Below are positions 25,892 through 32,000 of a stretch of 32,000 bases of DNA, one piece after another (position 1 is the stretch's first letter; each line of letters begins with the position of its first letter). The notes below the pieces were generated by a model that did not search any database, was not told the origin of the DNA, and was given only the letters and a program-made list of their open reading frames with translations. This DNA is from Nitrosococcus oceani ATCC 19707. Lineage in GTDB: Bacteria; Pseudomonadota; Gammaproteobacteria; Nitrosococcales; Nitrosococcaceae. Both the position numbers and the translations under genes were made by a program. The stretch is taken from NCBI RefSeq assembly GCF_000012805.1, contig NC_007484.1, positions 2,790,001 to 2,822,000 of the forward strand, written 5' to 3'.

Positions 25892-27655
25892 TTAGTAAAC
25901 TCTTTCTTTTGGAGGAAAGGTATCCACGGTCAAAGGCTTTAATCGTACTGGCTTGTATTCCACATGCCCTTGTCCTTGGAAATACAAGGAGTGTTTAAGC
26001 CAACGGATATCATCCCGTTCCGGATAATCTACCCGGTAATGGGCGCCTCGACTCTCCTGCCGCGCAAGGGCGCAACGGACTACCGCTTGTGCTAGCCCCA
26101 CTAAATTTTCCAGTTCTAACGCGTCAAGCCGGGCAGTATTAAAAATTTTACTCTGGTCCTTCAAACGTACATACTGCAACCGTTCCTCAATCTCCGTTAC
26201 CTTATGAACAGCCTCTTCAAGCACGGCTTCATTGCGGAATACGCCACAATTTTGTTCCATAAATTTTTGCAGATCAGCGCGTAATTCCTCCACACTTTCC
26301 CCATCACCAGGACGCTCCCAGCGGGCTAAACGCTCCAAAGCCTGCTCCACACTCTCGGAAGCCAAGGCCCGATGATAGCGATGTGCTTCCAGGTGCTCAA
26401 TAATATGATTACCTGCGGCACGCCCGAATACCACTATATCCAGCAACGAATTCCCCCCCAGGCGATTAGCCCCATGGACGGAAACACAAGCACATTCCCC
26501 CACTGCATATAATCCAGGGATAGCCTCTTCGGCTCCCTCATTATAGGGAGCTACTACTTGCCCGAAACGGTTGGTAGGAATACCTCCCATCACATAATGG
26601 CAGGTGGGATAGACCGGAATAGGCTGTTCGATAGGGTCAAAATGCAAAAAAGTCAAAACGGTTTGCCGGATGCCCGGTAAACGTTCCTTGATAATATTTG
26701 CCCCTAAATGCTCCAATTTGAGCAAGACATAATCACCGTCGGGGCCGCATCCGCGTCCTTCCTTCACTTCAGTATAAATAGCACGGCTAACCACATCTCG
26801 GCTCGCAAGATCCTTGACATGGGGGGCATAACGCTCCATGAAACGCTCCCCTTCGCAGTTAACCAGATAGCCACCTTCTCCCCGTACTCCTTCTGTGATA
26901 AGCATTCCCTTGCCCGCGATACCGGTGGGATGAAATTGGACAAACTCCATATCCTGCAGCGGAATCCCGGCACGCAAAGCCATAGCCATACCATCGCCCG
27001 TATTGATGCGGGCATTTGTATTAGTGCGGAAAAGCCGCCCTGCTCCCCCGGTGGCTAATAAGGTACATTTAGCTTCAATAATCCAGGGCTGGCCCGTTTC
27101 TATCTCCAGTACCACAGCACCCAAAATATAACCCTCGGCATCTTTAATCAGATCCAGGGCAAAAAACTCATCAAAGAAATGAGTTTTAGACTTGATATTT
27201 TGCTGATAAAGACTATGAAGGATGGCATGGCCGGTGCGATCAGCTGCGGCACAAGTTCGAGCAGCTTGCTCGCCCCCAAAATTCTGGCTTTGCCCTCCAA
27301 AAGCCCGTTGATAGATTTTCCCATTCTCCAACCGTGAAAACGGAACCCCCGCATGTTCCAGATCAATCACTAAATGAGCAGCGGCCCGACACATATACTC
27401 GATAGCATCCTGATCCCCCAGATAATCACTTCCCTTAACTGTATCGTACATATGCCAGTGCCAGCTATCCGGCGACACATTGGCAAGCGCGGCATTCATT
27501 CCCCCTTGGGCAGCGACAGTATGGGAACGAATAGGAAAGACTTTAGAGACCACGGCCACATTGGCTTCCGCCTCGGCCAACTGTAGAGCCGCCCGGAGTC
27601 CTCCCCCACCAGCACCAATAACCAGCGTATCAAAACGTCGCCGTGGCAAATTCAT
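25892..27655 (-). CDS. sdhA: Succinate dehydrogenase flavoprotein subunit
   Basis: 587 aa. It has [12 protein letters not shown], the covalent-FAD His context [10 protein letters not shown], and HPTG...[11 protein letters not shown]. Confidence 0.95.
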   Translation of the reverse strand: MNLPRRRFDTLVIGAGGGGLRAALQLAEAEANVAVVSKVFPIRSHTVAAQGGMNAALANVSPDSWHWHMYDTVKGSDYLGDQDAIEYMCRAAAHLVIDLEHAGVPFSRLENGKIYQRAFGGQSQNFGGEQAARTCAAADRTGHAILHSLYQQNIKSKTHFFDEFFALDLIKDAEGYILGAVVLEIETGQPWIIEAKCTLLATGGAGRLFRTNTNARINTGDGMAMALRAGIPLQDMEFVQFHPTGIAGKGMLITEGVRGEGGYLVNCEGERFMERYAPHVKDLASRDVVSRAIYTEVKEGRGCGPDGDYVLLKLEHLGANIIKERLPGIRQTVLTFLHFDPIEQPIPVYPTCHYVMGGIPTNRFGQVVAPYNEGAEEAIPGLYAVGECACVSVHGANRLGGNSLLDIVVFGRAAGNHIIEHLEAHRYHRALASESVEQALERLARWERPGDGESVEELRADLQKFMEQNCGVFRNEAVLEEAVHKVTEIEERLQYVRLKDQSKIFNTARLDALELENLVGLAQAVVRCALARQESRGAHYRVDYPERDDIRWLKHSLYFQGQGHVEYKPVRLKPLTVDTFPPKERVY

Positions 27656-27984
27656 CTTAACAATATCCTAATAACCCAAAAACCTATCCCGCTATACACT
27701 ACCACAATCAAGGAATGGGCAAACAAGCGCAGCGATACAGGACGTACATAGTCTAAAATAATGTCTCGCAAACCCACCCAAGAGTGCAGCAGCAGGACGC
27801 CAAAAAAGAGGGCTACCATAATGCTTACCAGCGGATCGCTGATCCATTCCCGCCAAGCTTCATAGGTCTTAAAGGAGCCTTGCATTAGGCGGGCAAGAAA
27901 AAACAACAACAGCACTAACATGATTACGGCTGTTCCACGCTGTACCAGCCAAGCGCGCAGGCCAGTCATTACTCCTTTCACCAC
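27652..27984 (-). CDS. sdhD: Succinate dehydrogenase membrane anchor subunit
   Basis: 110 aa with three TM helices. It lies between sdhC and sdhA, with 4-nt and 7-nt overlaps to its neighbours. Confidence 0.85.
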   Translation of the reverse strand: MVKGVMTGLRAWLVQRGTAVIMLVLLLFFLARLMQGSFKTYEAWREWISDPLVSIMVALFFGVLLLHSWVGLRDIILDYVRPVSLRLFAHSLIVVVYSGIGFWVIRILLR

Positions 27985-28364
27985 AATACCCCCACAATCA
28001 ACAGCGTCACGACTAATGCCAGAATACTCGTAATACGGGCACTCCAGCTGGGCCGATAATCCTTTACTATTTTACCCATATGGATATCAAATAATAAAAA
28101 ACGAATTCCCGCAAAAATATGATGAAGCAATGCCCAAAGGGCTACAATACCCACTAATCGTACTGGCAGGCTGCTGAAAAATTCAGTTACCCAAACAAAA
28201 CTTTCTTTATCCCGCAATGAAAAATCTAGCAAATAAACTACAACAGGAATAAAAAATAAAAGGATAACCCCCGAAATGCGATGCAACGCTGAGACGACTG
28301 CATTTGCCGGAAAGCGGATCAAGGCCAAATTGAAAAAAATAGGGCGCGGATTATTATTGGCCAT
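27978..28364 (-). CDS. sdhC: Succinate dehydrogenase cytochrome b556 subunit
   Basis: From ATG 28364 the protein starts MANNNPRPIFFNLALIRFPANAVVSALHRISGV, which is collinear with the E. coli SdhC N-terminus. A strong AGGAGG lies 4 nt upstream. The ORF-track start at 28400 lies upstream of that SD. Confidence 0.85.
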   Translation of the reverse strand: MANNNPRPIFFNLALIRFPANAVVSALHRISGVILLFFIPVVVYLLDFSLRDKESFVWVTEFFSSLPVRLVGIVALWALLHHIFAGIRFLLFDIHMGKIVKDYRPSWSARITSILALVVTLLIVGVLW

Positions 28365-28559
28365 CGGTCCTCCTGAAACAGGCGAGTTTCTGTAATTCAT
28401 CCATCTCCTGGTATTTTCTTTCCTTACTTATATCCCCACATCTATGCTTAAATTAGACTTTTAATCTATTTGCTAAGGCTAGTCGCAGATTACAATCAAG
28501 ATTAAGCAAATCATTTACTCATATAATCCTAGCCTAGATATAAGAGGAGAGCTACACTA

Positions 28560-29603
28560 ATGCAGCAGGAATGGAAATCTTTTCTAACTCAAGCAGGCGC
28601 CGTCTTTGACGGTGAGAAAGTTCTCCATTTCGGATATCCCCAGGATGAATGGGTAGCGGTGAACTCGGCTACCTTCATTACCGATTTATCCCACTTCGGT
28701 TTGATTGCTATCAGCGGAGAAGACGCTAGCGATTTTCTCCAAAATCTTCTCACCAACGATGTCAAAGAAGTTAATTCGCAACGTAGCCAGCTCACGGGGC
28801 TCTGCAACCCTAAGGGTCGGCTGCTAGCTATTTTCCGGCTTTTTCAATGGAATGCCAATTTTTATCTGAGTCTTCCCCATAGTCTCTTAGAAGCAGTGCT
28901 GAAAAGACTCAACATGTATGTCTTAAGGGCCCAGGTCTCCCTAGCAGATGTCAGCGATCACTTCTGCCGTTTTGGGCTAGTTGGTTCACAGGCCAGTGAC
29001 GAACTCAAACGCTACCTAGGCAAGGCACCCATGACCACTAATGAAGTGCAGCAAGCACCTGACTGCTGCATTCTCCGAGTACCCGGCGAGCCATCCCGCT
29101 TCGAAGTGGTGGGAGGGATGAACACCCTCCAAAAATTCTGGGGTGAGCTCACTAAAACCGTTACACCAGTAGGCGCTAATTTTTGGGAGCTGACTACGAT
29201 TCGGGCAGGCGTTGCCACTATTTATCCTGAGACCCAAGCATCATTTATCCCCCAGCAGGTGAATCTAGAACTCAGAGAAGGGGTAAGTTTTACTAAAGGC
29301 TGCTATCCTGGACAGGAAGTGATTGCTCGAATGCATTATCGAGGCAAACCTAGCCGCCGGATGTTTCTTGCCCATATCAGCACAGATCAACAGCCCCAAC
29401 CTGGCGATCCAGTCTATCTAGCCAATGACGAGGCAAGGCAAGCAAGGGGTGAAATCGTGGCTGCCCAACTGGCACCGGAGGGAGGCTATGATAGCCTAGT
29501 AGTGTTACAGCTCTCCCACCTTCAGAAAGGCGATATGATGTGGAACGGCGGGAATGGGGCAAAACTTACACTCCGGAAACTTCCCTATCTATTAGAATAT
29601 TGA
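28560..29603 (+). CDS. ygfZ: Folate-binding Fe-S cluster repair / tRNA-modification protein YgfZ
   Basis: 347 aa with a GcvT-like fold and the family signature KGCYPGQEVIARMHYRGKPSRR. It is divergent from the sdh operon. Confidence 0.9.
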   Translation: MQQEWKSFLTQAGAVFDGEKVLHFGYPQDEWVAVNSATFITDLSHFGLIAISGEDASDFLQNLLTNDVKEVNSQRSQLTGLCNPKGRLLAIFRLFQWNANFYLSLPHSLLEAVLKRLNMYVLRAQVSLADVSDHFCRFGLVGSQASDELKRYLGKAPMTTNEVQQAPDCCILRVPGEPSRFEVVGGMNTLQKFWGELTKTVTPVGANFWELTTIRAGVATIYPETQASFIPQQVNLELREGVSFTKGCYPGQEVIARMHYRGKPSRRMFLAHISTDQQPQPGDPVYLANDEARQARGEIVAAQLAPEGGYDSLVVLQLSHLQKGDMMWNGGNGAKLTLRKLPYLLEY

Positions 29604-29614
29604 GATTGAAAAAC

Positions 29615-29642
29615 TGCGGGCAAACCCTTGAGTTCGCCCGCA
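29615..29642 (-). terminator. Rho-independent terminator hairpin between convergent ygfZ and the HU-like gene
   Basis: The stem is TGCGGGCAAAC (29615-29625) paired with GTTCGCCCGCA (29632-29642). Ten of 11 positions pair, and the loop is 6 nt. On the minus strand the hairpin begins 6 nt after the HU-like stop and is followed by GTTTTTC. On the plus strand there is an A-tract before it and no T-tract after it, so it is mainly a minus-strand terminator. Confidence 0.55.
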
Positions 29643-29648
29643 CAGGCG

Positions 29649-29978
29649 TCAATTGAGGCGGCTATTACCTGTATCGAACGCCTTAAAACGTAAGTAACTA
29701 CGAGGGGGGACCTGAATAGCTTCTCCCGTTCTAGGATTACGAGCCTCGCGGGCATTCATGTGTTTAGCATAGAATTTACCAAAATGACTGAGGCGCACTT
29801 CCTGCCCAGAGGCCAAATCGGCAATTATCTGCTTCTTGAAGGCAACAAGAACTTCTTCAATCTGGTCTGGTGCCATACCTGTTTGCTTTGCAATGCGCCC
29901 TGCCAATTCCTTATCGCCAACCCCATAGACAGAAAGCGAAACCATCATCAAAATAAGGGACAAGATAACCTTCTTCAT
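29649..29978 (-). CDS. HU/IHF-fold (DNABII) DNA-binding protein with an N-terminal Sec-type signal peptide or membrane anchor
   Basis: ATG 29978 is preceded by AGGAG with a 5-nt spacer. The N-terminus is MKKVILSLILMMVSLSVYG. A complete HU-like domain follows (DKELAGRIAKQTGM...EVRLSHFGKFYAKHMNAREARNPRTGEAIQVPPRSYLRFKAF), including the RNPxTGE arm and the Pro at the arm tip. The ORF-track start at 30008 adds 10 residues and has no SD. Confidence 0.8.
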   Translation of the reverse strand: MKKVILSLILMMVSLSVYGVGDKELAGRIAKQTGMAPDQIEEVLVAFKKQIIADLASGQEVRLSHFGKFYAKHMNAREARNPRTGEAIQVPPRSYLRFKAFDTGNSRLN

Positions 29979-30267
29979 TTCATCTCCTAACCGCCCTAGC
30001 GGGATCATTATTCATCAAGTCCAATAACGTAAACTGCCACTTGAATACTAGCCAGGGCTTAGCTCAAAGGACGTGATGCTGGTCCCAAAAAGGAGTAAGA
30101 AGCATAAATTAGGCACCCCTACGAATAAAACAAAAAATATTCTCGGAGCGAGGGAGCAATATTTTGCAAACTTTTTTTCAGAGGGGGAAAATAGGTTTGT
30201 AGGAACTTCCCTATCCCTTAGCTCTGCACCCCTCCACTCTAATACTTCAAAATTTTTACCAAGGTAC

Positions 30268-31323
30268 TTATTCTTTTGGATACATGGGACGTAGGCGTTC
30301 AATGCCCCCGTAGATGATCCCAAGGAACATCAGTGTTACTAAAAATATCCAAGGCAAGGCTTCCCGGTTCGCATCTGCCCACAGGGCTACAGTAACCAAG
30401 GCCATATTAATACCGCTGATAGCTAAAAGCACTTTACGATGGGACCATCCAATTTGATATAATCGCTGATAGGCATGAGAACAATGGGCGCTATACCAAC
30501 GCTCGCCAGCCAGAATCCGACGTAGTAAAGTCACTGTGGCGTCAAACCAAAACACGCCATAGACTATTATCCATAGCAAAATCGGAATATCCCACCAAAC
30601 GTGCCCAGCAAACGTAAAGGCAGCAATCAAAAACCCTAGAAAACCACTTCCTCCATCTCCCATAAAAATTCTAGCGGAGGGCCAATTCCACACCAGAAAA
30701 CCAGCAACTACAGCTACTAACACCCAAGCCAGATAAGCATAGCCATAGGCCTCTGCCTCCCATAACCACCACCCTCCAACGCTGAAAACAAAACAAGCCT
30801 CCATTCCCGCAAGTCCATCAATACCATCCATAAAGTTAAAAAGATTAATAGACCAAACCATGGCAAAAAGGATGCCCGCTACTACTCCTAATTCTGGCCA
30901 GAAAAATATCTCCCAACCATATTGACGGATATCCATCGCCAATAAAAAATAAACTGCAATTAAGGCAGCGATGAAGTGCGTAACAATCCGCCACAGAGGA
31001 CTCACATCATAAAGATCATCCCCGTAGCCAATCCCTGCCACCAGGAATGCTCCTGGCAATAAAAAAAACGCGGCTTCAGAAGATATTTCACCTCTACCCC
31101 AAACCAGTAAAGCTGCTCCCAACCATAGCCCCACAAACACTACTCCCCCTCCCCGAGGGGTGGGGCTCTGATGGGAAGAGCGCGCATTCGGAGAATCCAG
31201 CAAACCCTTACTCAAGGCGTAACGCCGAAAACAACCGACCAAACCTAAAGCGGCTAGAAAAAAAACAGGCAGTAATAAATAAAAATAGGCGGTCAAAATT
31301 AAGTTAGCTGGTGAAATTAGCAC
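30268..31323 (-). CDS. Polyprenyl-phosphate HexNAc-1-phosphate transferase (WecA/WbpL/MraY-like initiating glycosyltransferase)
   Basis: 351-aa polytopic membrane protein. Motifs are GYGDDLYDVSP, NLFNFMDGIDGLAG and FMGDGGSGFLGF, typical of the MraY/WecA superfamily. The GTG start overlaps the upstream GT stop by 7 nt. Confidence 0.85.
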   Translation of the reverse strand: MLISPANLILTAYFYLLLPVFFLAALGLVGCFRRYALSKGLLDSPNARSSHQSPTPRGGGVVFVGLWLGAALLVWGRGEISSEAAFFLLPGAFLVAGIGYGDDLYDVSPLWRIVTHFIAALIAVYFLLAMDIRQYGWEIFFWPELGVVAGILFAMVWSINLFNFMDGIDGLAGMEACFVFSVGGWWLWEAEAYGYAYLAWVLVAVVAGFLVWNWPSARIFMGDGGSGFLGFLIAAFTFAGHVWWDIPILLWIIVYGVFWFDATVTLLRRILAGERWYSAHCSHAYQRLYQIGWSHRKVLLAISGINMALVTVALWADANREALPWIFLVTLMFLGIIYGGIERLRPMYPKE

Positions 31324-32000
31324 AAAGATTTAGGCAATAGTTTTCCATAGAGATTAAGTGTCTGCATGTTGATCAAGTCTACAGAATGCTCCGCAACCAC
31401 CAATGCTCTTCCCTCCTGGCCCATACGTTGACGCATCTCAGAGTCCTTAATCAAGGTTCCCAATGCCTGGGCTAATTCCCTGCTATCTCTTACAGAAACC
31501 AGTAAACCATTTTTTCCATGGCGAACGATCTCGCGGCAGCCTGGCATATCCGTAGTCACAATGGGCCGCCCACAGGCCGCTGCCTCAATTAAAATCTTAG
31601 GCAAACCTTCACGGTAAGAAGGCAAGCAAATTATGTTTGCCCCTGCCAGAATTACTGGCATATTGTCACGATATCCCCACCACTCCACAACTCCCTGATC
31701 TCGCCATTCTTTGAGCATACTTTGAGGCACCGCAGCCGGATTCCCTGGATCGGTATCCCCTACTAGCACAAAACGCGCGTTCACTCCCGCTGCTTGGAGT
31801 ACCCGTGCTGCATCAACAAATTCACCAACACCTTTATCCCATAGCATACGCGAAGCCATTACTACCACAGGCACATCTACTGGCTCTGGTTGGGGCGAAT
31901 AGACCTGTATATCTACCCCGGAGCCCTTTATTAAGATAGTTTTTTCTTCAGGCACCGCACCAGCTTCAACAAAGAGCAATCTATCATCTGGATTCTGAAA
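31317..32000 (-). CDS. GT-B (family 1/4-type) glycosyltransferase, partial (5' end outside the window)
   Basis: The frame is open to the window edge (...FQNPDDRLLFVEAGAV...). The C-terminal domain carries the retaining-GT motif EGLPKILIEAAACGRPIVTTDMPGCREIVRHGKNGLLV. Confidence 0.8.
   Translation of the reverse strand, partial: FQNPDDRLLFVEAGAVPEEKTILIKGSGVDIQVYSPQPEPVDVPVVVMASRMLWDKGVGEFVDAARVLQAAGVNARFVLVGDTDPGNPAAVPQSMLKEWRDQGVVEWWGYRDNMPVILAGANIICLPSYREGLPKILIEAAACGRPIVTTDMPGCREIVRHGKNGLLVSVRDSRELAQALGTLIKDSEMRQRMGQEGRALVVAEHSVDLINMQTLNLYGKLLPKSLC

Noticed and set aside
30048-30323. 91-aa minus-strand and 73-aa plus-strand (30073-30294) ORFs in the spacer between the HU-like gene and the glycosyltransferase
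   Set aside because: Both overlap the 3' end of the WecA-like gene, are low-complexity, and lack convincing start contexts. The 259-bp spacer more plausibly holds the HU-like promoter and the end of the polysaccharide operon.
1-32000. Search for a defence island, mobile element, CRISPR array, tRNA/rRNA gene or other accessory system across the window
   Set aside because: Every long ORF has a recognisable housekeeping, metabolic or signalling identity and sits in conserved synteny. No transposase, integrase, phage, nuclease-helicase, TIR/STAND or toxin-like genes are present. I saw no direct-repeat/spacer periodicity and no tRNA-like cloverleaf in the intergenic regions I read. I cannot support a claim that a novel system is present here.

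Overview
This window looks like a chromosomal core segment of a gammaproteobacterium, with roughly balanced GC by eye. I call 33 protein-coding genes, two of them truncated at the window edges. Almost all are recognisable housekeeping genes in well-known synteny.

Gene order:
- hemW 3' end, converging on a FixJ/LuxR-type response regulator.
- DASS anion transporter, aguA, aguB.
- A cluster of three two-component genes: a tandem-PAS histidine kinase, a stand-alone receiver, and a REC-GAF hybrid kinase.
- thrC, hom and alaC on the minus strand.
- An HDOD protein.
- era, rnc, DUF4845, lepB, lepA, degP(mucD), rseC, rseB, rseA and rpoE on the minus strand, with rpoE divergent from nadB.
- ygfX-like, sdhE and sdhBADC on the minus strand, with sdhC divergent from ygfZ.
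- An HU-like gene with an N-terminal leader peptide.
- The 3' end of a surface-polysaccharide glycosyltransferase cluster.

I saw no rRNA, tRNA, CRISPR array, IS element, transposase, integrase or phage gene. I found no convincing previously undescribed multi-gene system and no defence-island signature.

The least ordinary items:
1. An HU/IHF-fold protein preceded by a Sec-type signal peptide.
2. A signalling cluster in which FixL-like sensor PAS domains and a FixL-like transmitter core sit on two different kinases, with an unpaired FixJ-like regulator 4.3 kb upstream.
3. A stretch of about 560 bp with no credible gene, between aguB and the PAS kinase.
4. A statistically non-trivial 16-bp-arm inverted repeat in a divergent promoter region.
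5. SDH structural genes fused in one gene string with the assembly factor sdhE and ygfX, opposite ygfZ.

All family assignments rest on motifs read directly from the translations and on remembered family signatures. No database search was run.
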